A stretch of DNA of 64,000 nucleotides from Nitrosopumilaceae archaeon (lineage in GTDB: Archaea; Thermoproteota; Nitrososphaeria; Nitrososphaerales; Nitrosopumilaceae). The stretch covers positions 1,792,001 through 1,856,000 of the forward strand of contig OZ242365.1 in assembly GCA_965208905.1 (NCBI GenBank), read 5' to 3'. This document shows, piece by piece, positions 52,938 through 62,929 of the stretch. Numbering within the stretch: position 1 is the first letter of the stretch; each line of letters begins with the position of its first letter. The translations under genes and the position numbers were made by a program. Below the pieces are notes generated by a model. It was not told where the DNA came from, ran no database searches, and worked only from the letters and a program-made list of their open reading frames with translations.

Positions 52938-53901
52938 CCATTAGGGGTTTGGCATTAAATCCAAGATTCTTTAGATGATCTGCAAATTCAGATACAAATC
53001 CATGTATGGTGTATATGTTTTCGGCACCTGATGCTTCCACCATCTCTGTTAACTCGTTAAAGTCGCAGTGATCGCTAAGCTGAATGGAGTAGTCAGATCC
53101 ATTTGTGTATGGGAACCTATTTGAATTTGCCCAGCCACTAAATGATACAGTTATGGCACCATACTTCTTCATTTTTAGAATAAAAGGAGATTTTGCGCTC
53201 ATTTTAGGCGCAATCATGACCCAGGGCTTTTTGTCCAAGAGTCCCTGTCTTTGAGCTTCTGTGTGGCCCAAAGCAGGTTTTAGTGGCACATTCCATTCCC
53301 TATGCATATCGTTGATTACCTTTACTGAATCATGATAGTATAGCGGCTCCCAATGGGAAAACATCTGAGATATTGTCTGCGCCTTCCCTAACTCATACCC
53401 CATCAGGACTACCGGTATACCTCTAGAATACATCGTGGATATCAACTCGTCTACCTGAAGACGTATTTGGTGTATGGGTGGAAAGACAAACTCGGGAAGT
53501 CCAAACGTACACTCGGTGATTAACGTCTTGCATTTTGGTATACGTGCGCCCTGCAAGAATCCCCGGTCTCGAGTGCAGATATCTCCTGTGTAGAATGTAT
53601 CGCCAAATAATATGCCCCGGGAACCAAATATGTGACCGGTATCGTACAGAGTACAATCTTTGATATCTTCGGTGTGATTACCAAAGTCCCTGCCTCTGTG
53701 TGATGCTAACCGCGCAGTATACTTTGACGCTAAAAGCGTCCCGCCACCAGAAGAAGGCAAATGATCAATGTGTGCATGAGACACAAAATTTATTCCATCA
53801 GAAGCTGTTTTTGGATCAAGCAGTATGGTAGAACCATTAGATGTGCATAACATGCCCCGAGGGGTCATCTTTATTGTATCCAATGTGCTTTTGCTTCCCA
53901 A
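52924..53901 (-). CDS. Metallo-beta-lactamase / beta-CASP-like nuclease
   Basis: SHAHIDH, GHIFGS, YTGD, ECTFG, LGKAQ, SDHCDF, HG. Confidence 0.88.
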   Translation of the reverse strand: MGSKSTLDTIKMTPRGMLCTSNGSTILLDPKTASDGINFVSHAHIDHLPSSGGGTLLASKYTARLASHRGRDFGNHTEDIKDCTLYDTGHIFGSRGILFGDTFYTGDICTRDRGFLQGARIPKCKTLITECTFGLPEFVFPPIHQIRLQVDELISTMYSRGIPVVLMGYELGKAQTISQMFSHWEPLYYHDSVKVINDMHREWNVPLKPALGHTEAQRQGLLDKKPWVMIAPKMSAKSPFILKMKKYGAITVSFSGWANSNRFPYTNGSDYSIQLSDHCDFNELTEMVEASGAENIYTIHGFVSEFADHLKNLGFNAKPLMVMTS

Positions 53902-54104
53902 CTTAGTTATAAATCACCAACTTATCAAATCGTACACACAGGTTGTTTCCAACGTTACGCCTGCATATGCTTGTAATAAAGCCAGTTTAGGCGTGAATCT
54001 TCAATAGACCTGAGTATGTATATCAAATCAATACGCAGATAAAATACGGACGCTACGTAATTCATATGACAAAGATAATTATCTTGCGACTATTATCGCA
54101 CATC

Positions 54105-54389
54105 ATGGTAGTAATCATGTTGGATGCAAAAATAAAACCTGGCATGCTTGATGACTTTAAAAACTGGATTACCGAATCAAACAAAGTAATATCGAAGTTT
54201 GATGGCTTTGTCTCCCGAAGACTACTTGAGTCAATGGATGGCAGCCATCGTGTCCTTGTGGAGTTTCAGACCCACGAGCAACTCATAAGGATGAGCCAAA
54301 GTCCAGAACACCAAACAGTACACAAACAAGGCCAGGAACTTAGAGAGTCAGGCCCTACTCCCACAATGTACAAAGTAATAGCAGAATAA
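54105..54389 (+). CDS. Antibiotic biosynthesis monooxygenase (ABM) family protein
   Basis: IKPG..DDF, DGFVSRRLL, SPEH. Confidence 0.8.
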   Translation: MVVIMLDAKIKPGMLDDFKNWITESNKVISKFDGFVSRRLLESMDGSHRVLVEFQTHEQLIRMSQSPEHQTVHKQGQELRESGPTPTMYKVIAE

Positions 54390-54711
54390 TTCCAAGATTG
54401 TATATTTTTTGTTTTTTCAGAGATGTATCCTGACAATGGACATAACCGCGTACTACAACTTGGTTGATGTCTTTGAGTGTTATGTATATGCAACATCACT
54501 GTGAGTTATGTGCTCATATACCTGAGATGGCAATATGATGTGTAGTGCTACGAGTTCTGATATTTTCTGCCCCTGCCAAGACTACAAATTCTGAAAAATA
54601 TCTAATCTTTCTACGTTTGATTATGCGGCAAGTGTCATAGTCACATGTCGACCTGTACCATACAGTAGTACCTGCCATGTTCAGGCCTTTGAAAGATAAA
54701 AAAAGCGTATT

Positions 54712-55005
54712 TTATAGTGGTATGGTTCCAATATCGTCTTTGTCTACCCCCTTCCATAGGCCAATCATGCCTTCTGGCTCCACGGGCTTTACTGATGTTA
54801 TACGTTGCATCTTGATGTGATCTGGATTGGGGGGCATCCACAACATTGCCATGTAATCGCCAACATCACCTGTCTTGTTTGGGGACGCATCCGAAATGTT
54901 TTCAGTAGCAATACCAATTGATTCCAAAGCGGCTACGGCTTTCTCGCGCAGATCAAATCTACCATGCGTAAACAGATACACCGTCCTACCAGAGTCTATA
55001 TCCAT
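54712..55005 (-). CDS. Conserved thaumarchaeal hypothetical protein
   Basis: YLFTHGR.DL, YMAMLWMPP; clean ORF. Confidence 0.7.
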   Translation of the reverse strand: MDIDSGRTVYLFTHGRFDLREKAVAALESIGIATENISDASPNKTGDVGDYMAMLWMPPNPDHIKMQRITSVKPVEPEGMIGLWKGVDKDDIGTIPL

Positions 55006-55207
55006 AATGTGTCATTATATGGTAGCATAAATCAACCTTTGCCAATATATGCAAACTAAACTGGCTTACTAAAAAGATCACATAACAAATCATGGTTGGA
55101 ATAGAGTTGCGTCCTTGACTCAAACTTTGTCAGTTGATATGTATTTGTTTTTTGATGAGCTGCAAATCACCGAAGGATTAAATTAGTACACAAACGACAG
55201 ATAAATC

Positions 55208-55501
55208 GTGAAGATATTCACTATAGGTAGTAAGTCGTTTGTGACAAGCTTTCAGCTAGCAGGTGTACCCGGAAAGATAAGCGAACACCCTGATGGCGTA
55301 CTTGAAGAGATAAAGACGTTAACTGATGATCCAGACGTGGGACTTGTCCTAGTTAGTGATGATGTGACCAAATCTATAAGTGATGATTTAACGCGCTTGC
55401 GTGCCGAGAGATCCGCACTTGTATTTGCACTTCCAGCAACCGGAAGTGAAAAGGTCGATGTGGACTATAGAGCGATGCTCAAAAAGATTCTAGGCGTTTG
55501 A
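55208..55501 (+). CDS. atpF: A/V-type ATP synthase subunit F
   Basis: IGSKSFVTSFQLAGV, DVGLVLV, LKKILGV. Confidence 0.88.
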   Translation: MKIFTIGSKSFVTSFQLAGVPGKISEHPDGVLEEIKTLTDDPDVGLVLVSDDVTKSISDDLTRLRAERSALVFALPATGSEKVDVDYRAMLKKILGV

Positions 55502-56544
55502 TTATGAGACATGCGGTTACCAGCGGTTCTAACAGTGTGGATGTTGTAGATGCTCCATCACCAACACCCAAACCAGGAGATATGGTTGTACGTATGGCAG
55601 CATGTGGCGTATGTGGTTCCGATGTCGAAAAGATATATGGTCAGTATAGTCAGCCATCGACAAGATTAGGACATGAGACCTCAGGTGTCATAGTATCAGT
55701 AGGTGATGGTGTGAAAGGATTCTCCGTAGGAGATAGGGTCTTTACGCATCACCATGTTCCATGCTATGACTGTTATCTATGCAAGCACGGCAGCTCTACA
55801 CGATGCTCGCACTACTCCAAGTCAAATTTACTGCCTTGTGGCTTGGCTGATGAGTATATAGTGCCAGCCTGGAATGTTCAGCGGGGAGGTGTTTTGAAGA
55901 TTCCCGATACGATGTCATTTGAGCAGGCTGCCATGATAGAGCCTTTGGCCTGTTGTATACGGGCTTGGTCCGGGTATGATCATAAATCAAACAACGCTGT
56001 GGCAATATTTGGAGTGGGCGCCACCGGGATGCTACATGTGCTGCTTGCTCAGAATAAAGGATTCTCGAACATATACTGTATAGATATGAATCAATTTCGC
56101 CTAGATTTTGTCAAAGATGTACTAGGAGCAGAGATAATTCTTGCGCATAAAAATACATCATCAGATATATTGTATAATACAGAACAGCGTGGGGTTGATC
56201 TAGCCATAGTGTCCACAGGAAGTATGGCGGCCTTGGAATCGGCCATACATTCTGTGCGGTATGGGGGAACAATCATGCTATTTGGCGTTCCTTCCAAGGA
56301 CGCCACCCTACAACTGAATATGGATTATGTGTACTCACGCGAATTAAAGATGTACTGTAGCTATGCAGCTTCAGATAACGATACAAGAGAAGCACTACAC
56401 CTTATATCTGAGGGTCTTGATGTTGATTGTCTGATAACCCATCGATATGATCTTGTTGATTCGCCCAAGGCATTTGAGCGGGCGCGGAGCGGTCATGAGG
56501 CTGTAAAGATCATAATAAAAGGTCCAGAGCACAAAGACATGTGA
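55498..56544 (+). CDS. Zinc-dependent alcohol/polyol dehydrogenase (MDR family)
   Basis: CGVCGSD, LGHE, CYDCYLC...C, IEPLAC, GVGATG. Confidence 0.9.
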   Translation: MIMRHAVTSGSNSVDVVDAPSPTPKPGDMVVRMAACGVCGSDVEKIYGQYSQPSTRLGHETSGVIVSVGDGVKGFSVGDRVFTHHHVPCYDCYLCKHGSSTRCSHYSKSNLLPCGLADEYIVPAWNVQRGGVLKIPDTMSFEQAAMIEPLACCIRAWSGYDHKSNNAVAIFGVGATGMLHVLLAQNKGFSNIYCIDMNQFRLDFVKDVLGAEIILAHKNTSSDILYNTEQRGVDLAIVSTGSMAALESAIHSVRYGGTIMLFGVPSKDATLQLNMDYVYSRELKMYCSYAASDNDTREALHLISEGLDVDCLITHRYDLVDSPKAFERARSGHEAVKIIIKGPEHKDM

Positions 56545-56692
56545 CTACGTTCTGTATATGTTAGTAAATACTCTGTTGAATGTGTATAGTGCATTACCCC
56601 ATACAATACGCAAGATGACAGTAAAGGTTACCACACACGATATGATGTATATGGTACAAAGATTTAAGAAAAGTAACTCAAGTGTCAAAGAC

Positions 56693-57481
56693 ATGGATTG
56701 GGGATTACAGAACAGGCTTTCACGTATAATACGACAACCTAAAAACCGCGCCCTCATGTTGGCTGTAGACCATGGATACTTTTTAGGACCCACCGCGAGG
56801 CTAGAGGACGCTCAAAAAACAATTGCCCCATTACTGGAATATTGTGACTCCCTGATGTTGACCCGGGGAATACTGCGAACATCGGTCTCTCCAATTACGA
56901 ACACGCCCATGGTTCTTCGTGTATCGGGCGGTTCTAGTATAATAGGCAAAGACTTATCCCGAGAGGATATCACCGTAGATATCAAAGATGCCATACGTCT
57001 TAACGTATCTGCAATGGCAATGTCCATATTTGTGGGTTCAAAGTATGAGTATCAGACTATAGTAAATCTAGGACGACTAGTCAACATATCTTTGGAGTAT
57101 GGTATGCCGGTACTAGCAGTAACTGCCGTGGGCAAGGATATGGGTAAAGATGCGCGATATCTGTCATTGGCATGCAGGATGGCTGCCGAGCAGGGTGCTA
57201 ACATAGTAAAGACATACTATTGTGAGAACTTTGAGGAGGTTGTGGACTCTTGTCCTGTCCCAATAATAATAGCTGGAGGCAAAAAGATTCCTGAAAAAGA
57301 TGCCATGGAACTTACGTATAATGCCATTCAGGCTGGTGCTGTAGGTGTAGACATGGGCCGAAACATATGGCAATCGGACAACCCTGTACCCATGATTCGA
57401 GCCGTACAAAGTATAATCCATCAAGATAATGATGCAGATGCCGCTTGGGAACTGTACAATCAACTAATACAAGAAACATAA
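56693..57481 (+). CDS. lsrF: LsrF-like class I aldolase/thiolase
   Basis: MDWGLQNRL, LAVDHGYF.GP, VKTYY, AGGKK, GVDMGRNIWQ. Confidence 0.85.
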   Translation: MDWGLQNRLSRIIRQPKNRALMLAVDHGYFLGPTARLEDAQKTIAPLLEYCDSLMLTRGILRTSVSPITNTPMVLRVSGGSSIIGKDLSREDITVDIKDAIRLNVSAMAMSIFVGSKYEYQTIVNLGRLVNISLEYGMPVLAVTAVGKDMGKDARYLSLACRMAAEQGANIVKTYYCENFEEVVDSCPVPIIIAGGKKIPEKDAMELTYNAIQAGAVGVDMGRNIWQSDNPVPMIRAVQSIIHQDNDADAAWELYNQLIQET

Positions 57482-57759
57482 TACTCCCTAAAGAGCGACG
57501 AATTACGACTCATCAAAAAATCACCACACATTTACGGCCAGACTCTGGTATATTTTGCCTCCTAAATACTCTCCAATATACTAACTTTTTTTAGATATGG
57601 TTGGACCATTTTAGGGTATATCTGGTCTTGGCATGAGGAACTACTGAAAATTATTTTAAAAACCTGGCGGTATGATGTCTTGCGCACAACTGTGTCATCT
57701 ATGTTACCTCAATAGAGCAAAACATCCGTTATATTCTGTTTCTGTAAAAAAACATGCCA

Positions 57760-58311
57760 CTAAACCCTATGTAACTGACTCTCAGTTACTATCCAATTCA
57801 TGGGTGCATCACTTGGGTTTGATGGTATCTTTTTTACAACCTGCTTGTCCATCGTCACACATATGGTGACCGGACAGTTCTTTTGAATATATCTGTCATA
57901 ATACCCATGACCGTAGCCTAGCCTTATACCCGAGAGTGTTGCACCAACTGCCGGAACCAACAAAATATTTGGTCTTCCTGTCATGCATGTCTCTCTAGGT
58001 TCCATTATGCCAAATATTCCAGGTATTAGGTCCTTTATTCCATGTACATTTTTGAATACAATTACATTATTTTGTATTGCTGGCAAGAACACGTTACGCC
58101 CAGAACCAAGAAGATCTTGAATTATGCCACTAGTCATTACCTCACTACCTATGGCATGATACACACCAACATTGGTGATATCATCAAACAGAGAACTACC
58201 TCTTAGTATATTTCGTATACTCTCACTAACAATCTTTAACATCTCATGTGAGGTTGCATCTCGCCGTTTTAGTAACACTTGACGCAAGGATTCCCTGCTG
58301 GGATCACGCAT
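57760..58311 (-). CDS. 5-formyltetrahydrofolate cyclo-ligase
   Basis: FGIMEP, LVPAVG, RLGYGHGYYDR. Confidence 0.9.
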   Translation of the reverse strand: MRDPSRESLRQVLLKRRDATSHEMLKIVSESIRNILRGSSLFDDITNVGVYHAIGSEVMTSGIIQDLLGSGRNVFLPAIQNNVIVFKNVHGIKDLIPGIFGIMEPRETCMTGRPNILLVPAVGATLSGIRLGYGHGYYDRYIQKNCPVTICVTMDKQVVKKIPSNPSDAPMNWIVTESQLHRV

Positions 58312-59152
58312 ACTTTGCTGCCACCACAGTATTTTTTAGTAGCATGGCGACGGTCATTGGACCCACGCCGCCGGGAACCGGAGTAACATGGGATGCCTTC
58401 TGTATTATGTCGTTGTAATCCGCATCGCCAGTCAGCTTGCCGTCTATACGATTAATGGCCACATCTATAACCACAGCGTTGTCCTTTATCATGTCGGCAG
58501 TCAGCATAAACTTATCCAGATTTCCAACTCCAGTTATTATGATATCGGCCAAACTACAAATTTTTTTAATGTTTTGGGTTTTAGAGTGACAGGTGGTAAC
58601 TGTGGCATTTTTTTGCAAGAACAGATGGTATAATGGTTTGCCCACCAAGACACTTCGATTTATTATAACCACATGTTTTCCCTCTATGTTGATATTGTAA
58701 TGATCTAGCATGCGCATTATTCCAATGGGTGTGCACGCCACCAGTCTGGCACGACCTGCGGCTAACAATCCTGCACTGTGTGGCGTTAGACCATCCACGT
58801 CTTTTTTTGAGGATATTTTTGATATTATATCATTGGTGTTTATGTGATCTGGCAGTGGCATCTGCACTAATATTCCATGTATTTTATCATTGTTGTTGAC
58901 ATCTTTTATTATATCTTCGAGTTGTTCTTGTGTCACCTCTGCTGAAATTTTGTGGTCTTTTGTCTGTATGCCACATTGAGCACAAGCCATGTGCTTGTTG
59001 CGCACGTATACTGCAGATGCGGGATCATCACCTACTAAGATTGTAGCCAGACAGGGAGTTATGCCTCTTGCCTTTAGGTCATTAACGTCGGATATCACCT
59101 CTCTTTTTACTTCATTGGCTACTGCCAATCCGTCCATACGTGTGGCCATCAT
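58304..59152 (-). CDS. folD: Methylene-THF dehydrogenase/cyclohydrolase
   Basis: VGDDPAS..YV..K, HGILVQMPLP, KDVDG, TPVPGGVGPMT. Confidence 0.95.
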   Translation of the reverse strand: MMATRMDGLAVANEVKREVISDVNDLKARGITPCLATILVGDDPASAVYVRNKHMACAQCGIQTKDHKISAEVTQEQLEDIIKDVNNNDKIHGILVQMPLPDHINTNDIISKISSKKDVDGLTPHSAGLLAAGRARLVACTPIGIMRMLDHYNINIEGKHVVIINRSVLVGKPLYHLFLQKNATVTTCHSKTQNIKKICSLADIIITGVGNLDKFMLTADMIKDNAVVIDVAINRIDGKLTGDADYNDIIQKASHVTPVPGGVGPMTVAMLLKNTVVAAKYA

Positions 59153-59418
59153 CACATCGATACAGCATAAGTGACAATTAAAGCCTATGGAATTTGTTAG
59201 ATACAAATACCATGGAGTGACGACTGACCGTACCTTTTAGACTTACATCACTGAATTGTATTTTATTTGCGCCAGTATGTATGTTGTATAACGGCAGAAT
59301 TATAATGTACAAACAACAAAAAATAACGGAACTGGTGCATCTTGGTGACCTAGTGTGTGGTGGTGCGTGGGTGACCTGAGTTGAATTACTCAAATTAAAA
59401 TGAAATGAAAAGGGGGAT

Positions 59419-60663
59419 TTATGCTGTGGATTTAGTTGCGGCTTGAATGAGTGTCATCCATTTGTTGTTACCTTCAACGGTAATACCTGCGGCCTCTGCT
59501 GGGGTTATTTGATTCGGTAATCCCAAGTGGGGTTTTACAAAATTGTGATATAATCGCAGTCCAGAGATTATGCCAGAGTCTTCACGCTTAAGGCCACGGC
59601 ACACTTTCTCTCTATGTCGCAGTGTTGCTCCGTTGAATGATTCCATTTGGTTGTTATGATGTATGCCGTCAAACGCCACATCATGAATGTGTTCTGTATC
59701 TTTGTGTAGGAAGTTCTTTGCCTTGTATTGTTGCTTCCATGCATGATGGAAGTTAGCCGCTTTATCACTGATTAATGTGGTTGGGACTTTGCCTGTTACT
59801 TTTTTGGCTTGTTTAAACATGGGTGCCACATCATCATTGCCCTTGTGTTCTGCTACCATCTTGGCTATCCAGAAGCGTGTCTCACTGTCTAGCATGGCGA
59901 ATAGGTACTTTCTATTACCCTTGATTTTCAGATATAACTCATCGGTACGCCATTGTTCACCAACTTGGGGTTTAATCTTGTCAACGAAGGTTTCCATCAG
60001 TTCTGCGTATTGTTTGCCCCATCGTTGTATGGTAGTGTGTACTACTGTAATACCAACCATCTTGAGTGTATTGGCCACCTTCCGTGAGGATAATCCACTA
60101 AACAGGAGATCTACTGCTTGAGTGATATGTTCAGGTGATGCCTGCTTCTTTTCAAATCCTAGGTTTTGGATAAATCTCCTGCCACACGTCCTGCACCCGA
60201 ACTGTTGTTTGCCACGCTTAATACCCTTCTTGATAATATCAGTTGAGTCACAGAATTTGCATTTTGTAAGGTCAACAACCTTGATAGTAGTGGTAACTTC
60301 CTCTTGGACGGCTGCCCTCATTCGCTTGCTAATTTCGATTGCATGAGCGTGCTTGCATACAACACCCCTGTACATTGAATCGGGACAGGAACAAACCCAT
60401 CCTGATTCTGTATGTATCACCTCATAGACTTTACTAGAGGATTGACTTCTTACAGTATAGGTTGTATCATCTATTCTGGTTATCTGATTAGGCTTGCCTG
60501 CTATCTGCGCACCCCGTGTGATTCTAGCCGCCTGACCGGGGCTATGGTTCTTATGGGGTGATAAGATAGTAGGCTCAGAGTGCAATTTGCTCTTCATTGG
60601 GATGGTCGAGATCCCTCTGACTTTCTTTTCATCATCGCCATACTTTGTTATTGTTTTATTCAT
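59419..60663 (-). CDS. IS6/IS240-like DDE transposase with N-terminal SWIM finger and Zn ribbon
   Basis: CSCPD..CKH (SWIM), CKFC..CRTC, HTH, WRTDE / ISDK / NNQMES catalytic motifs. Confidence 0.88.
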   Translation of the reverse strand: MNKTITKYGDDEKKVRGISTIPMKSKLHSEPTILSPHKNHSPGQAARITRGAQIAGKPNQITRIDDTTYTVRSQSSSKVYEVIHTESGWVCSCPDSMYRGVVCKHAHAIEISKRMRAAVQEEVTTTIKVVDLTKCKFCDSTDIIKKGIKRGKQQFGCRTCGRRFIQNLGFEKKQASPEHITQAVDLLFSGLSSRKVANTLKMVGITVVHTTIQRWGKQYAELMETFVDKIKPQVGEQWRTDELYLKIKGNRKYLFAMLDSETRFWIAKMVAEHKGNDDVAPMFKQAKKVTGKVPTTLISDKAANFHHAWKQQYKAKNFLHKDTEHIHDVAFDGIHHNNQMESFNGATLRHREKVCRGLKREDSGIISGLRLYHNFVKPHLGLPNQITPAEAAGITVEGNNKWMTLIQAATKSTA

Positions 60664-60673
60664 GTATGTTATT

Positions 60674-60721
60674 AACGGTACGGTTATTTAACTGTTGCCA
60701 AAACCGCACGGTTTTTATATA
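60674..60721. promoter_or_regulatory. Divergent promoter region with two near-palindromic boxes (consensus AACCGTACGGTT)
   Basis: aacggtacggtt at 60674-60685 and aaccgcacggtt at 60702-60713, each abutting a TATA-like run. Confidence 0.6.
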
Positions 60722-60741
60722 GACATGTCTGTAATGTAATA

Positions 60742-60930
60742 ATGACGCGATGGAAAAAGAACGAGACAGAGTTCAGAGTCAAGATGCACCATTATAAGAA
60801 CAGGGACGGCTCCGGCACATCAAGTTGCCGGATTCCCAGTCCTATAATTAACTACATGGGAAAGCCCAACGAATTGATATTTGTGATCAATAATAAGACG
60901 GGGGAGGTAGTCGTAAGTGCAGGTGACTAA
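60742..60930 (+). CDS. Small AbrB/MazE-like DNA-binding protein
   Basis: 62 aa; CRIPSPII..MG..NELIF......VVV swapped-hairpin-like pattern; divergent from the transposase. Confidence 0.6.
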   Translation: MTRWKKNETEFRVKMHHYKNRDGSGTSSCRIPSPIINYMGKPNELIFVINNKTGEVVVSAGD

Positions 60931-61978
60931 AACACTGGCGTATGAACCAGATGCCGTATCTGACTTTGACCTGCTTATGGGCGATTCGGCAGACGTACTG
61001 ACACGATTTCCGGATAATTCGATCAACTGCACCGTCACGTCCCCACCGTACTGGGGACAACGCGAGTATGACACAAAAGACAGCATCGGACATGAAGGTT
61101 CGTTTGATGAATACATGCAACACTTGATATGCGTGTTTGACCAAGTGTATAGGGTAACGGCAAAAGATGGGTCGTTGTGGCTCAACATCGGGGACAGATA
61201 CCACAACAAGAATCTCATGGGTATGCCTTGGAGGGTCGCGCTTGCCCTGAAGGATCGGGGATGGATACTGCGCAATGACATAATTTGGAACAAGGTACGC
61301 ATGACTCAGAGCGCAAAGGACAGGCTCCGTGACCTGCACGAGTATGTGTTTCACTTCGTCAAGAATCCAAAATATTACTATAACAGGAAGGCTATACTGA
61401 TCAAGCACGACGAGAAACCCAAAAGACGTAACGGTAGACTTGTGTCAATCACAGGTACAAGTGGGATCCGTTACAGGGAACAGATACGACTGTCAACGCA
61501 TCTCTCAGACACGGAAAAACAAAACGCAGTTACGGCATTGGACAATACACTACACGACATGGCAGACGGCAAGATTGTGGATTTTCGCATGGCCATACGC
61601 GGACAACAAAGAACGTCACATGGTTCCAGTGAAAAGATCAGTGGTAGAGCAAAAGAGATAGAAAAGTACGGATTCTATGTCATATCGCAGAGTTCGGAGG
61701 GATACATGCCTACCGACTTGTGGAGTATCGTACCGGAAGACACACACCGAAAAGACATACACTGCGCGGTATATCCAACTACCCTCTTGGAGATCCCGAT
61801 AAAGGCGACATGTCCACCGGGAGGACTCGTACTAGATCCGTTTACGGGAACTGGTACTACTATAGTGGCCGCCCTCAAGCACGGCAAGCGTGGTATAGGC
61901 ATAGACGTGAGTAGCGCTTATCTTACACATGCAGAAAACAGGATAAAGACATTCCAGCAGACGGGACTAGAATGTTGA
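60917..61978 (+). CDS. Beta-class amino-DNA methyltransferase (probably m4C)
   Basis: Motif IV TSPPY precedes motif I LDPFTGTGTT; GSLWLNIGD, IIWNK, HEYVFHF, HCAVYP. Confidence 0.92.
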   Translation: MQVTKTLAYEPDAVSDFDLLMGDSADVLTRFPDNSINCTVTSPPYWGQREYDTKDSIGHEGSFDEYMQHLICVFDQVYRVTAKDGSLWLNIGDRYHNKNLMGMPWRVALALKDRGWILRNDIIWNKVRMTQSAKDRLRDLHEYVFHFVKNPKYYYNRKAILIKHDEKPKRRNGRLVSITGTSGIRYREQIRLSTHLSDTEKQNAVTALDNTLHDMADGKIVDFRMAIRGQQRTSHGSSEKISGRAKEIEKYGFYVISQSSEGYMPTDLWSIVPEDTHRKDIHCAVYPTTLLEIPIKATCPPGGLVLDPFTGTGTTIVAALKHGKRGIGIDVSSAYLTHAENRIKTFQQTGLEC

Positions 61979-62812
61979 GACCGGATCACTTTTGTTTATT
62001 TTTGCCCCTATGATTTTTTTGGCGTCCTCATAGTTGATGAGCAGGTTACCATCAACTGCAAACGAGAACAAGAGATCAACCCACCTCGTGGCCATAATCT
62101 TCTTTCTGCGTATGCGGTATCGTTTATCTTCTTCTACAAGTGAGTACAGGAAAAACATGAATGTCTCAGTAGAGTAGGACTTGATCTCATGCGTTTGTAT
62201 CTTGAATTTCGATGTGAACTGCTCCCACAACTCGTCCTGCATGACGGCTATATATGGCATCTTCCATTCGTCGAACAACTGTCCCTTGAAGATAAACTGT
62301 GGTAGAAATCCCTTGAAGGACGCAAGCGTATTTAACCCAAATGTGTAACTTTTTTTGAGCCTATCATTTAACAGGTCATCTATCGCAGTCGCAAATGATC
62401 CCGTACCCGTTGTGGCATCGGACTGTATCTCTACCCCTATGAACCTGTTTGGGTCTCTGACCGGTGTTAATATCCAGTCAAGATTACCGTAATCAAATCT
62501 CTCGTTGTCTGTCTTCTTTGCCAGTTTGACTTCGTTGCGTGCGTCAGTTTGTACCTCGGATCCCCAAATAAAGTCTCGTATTTCGTGCAGTATCTTATAA
62601 TCGTCCTCATAAAATCGCCGCGGGCAGATGATCCTGTTTCTGTCTCCCAGACATGCAGAACAGTTGCCGTATTTCGATGCAGTTCGGTTGGGCTTGTCAC
62701 ACTGGACGATGCGCCTGTCAAACGGACACCCATAATCGCGGTTGCGAAAGCGGGCCTTGGCCACGTCTGAATCGAATTTTTCGCCAAACGCCTCCAACTG
62801 TCTATTTGTCAT
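61967..62812 (-). CDS. NotI-family restriction endonuclease
   Basis: CPF...CDKP...GNCS...IICPRRF Cys4 pattern; GNLD..GVEIQ catalytic core; convergent with the MTase. Confidence 0.82.
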   Translation of the reverse strand: MTNRQLEAFGEKFDSDVAKARFRNRDYGCPFDRRIVQCDKPNRTASKYGNCSACLGDRNRIICPRRFYEDDYKILHEIRDFIWGSEVQTDARNEVKLAKKTDNERFDYGNLDWILTPVRDPNRFIGVEIQSDATTGTGSFATAIDDLLNDRLKKSYTFGLNTLASFKGFLPQFIFKGQLFDEWKMPYIAVMQDELWEQFTSKFKIQTHEIKSYSTETFMFFLYSLVEEDKRYRIRRKKIMATRWVDLLFSFAVDGNLLINYEDAKKIIGAKINKSDPVSTF

Positions 62813-62929
62813 GAAATATGTTGACTGACTTGTTTATAATATATCTTGAGAGTGTGTGATATAATTCCCGGGGATTCCTAGGTCACCCACGCACCACCGT
62901 ACAACAGGTCACCAAGATGCACCAGTTCC

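Larger units (their letters stand above)
59328..62929. mobile_element. 3602-bp IS6-like transposon with passenger restriction-modification genes
   Basis: 50-bp TIRs at 59328-59377 and 62880-62929 (46/50 identical, start GGAACTGG, each with two GGTGACCT boxes); one transposase inside; truncates a host gene at the right end. Confidence 0.9.

Noticed and set aside
55208-57481. atpF apart from the ATPase operon; lsrF as evidence of AI-2 quorum sensing
   Set aside because: From recollection this arrangement is usual in Nitrosopumilaceae; no other lsr genes are present.
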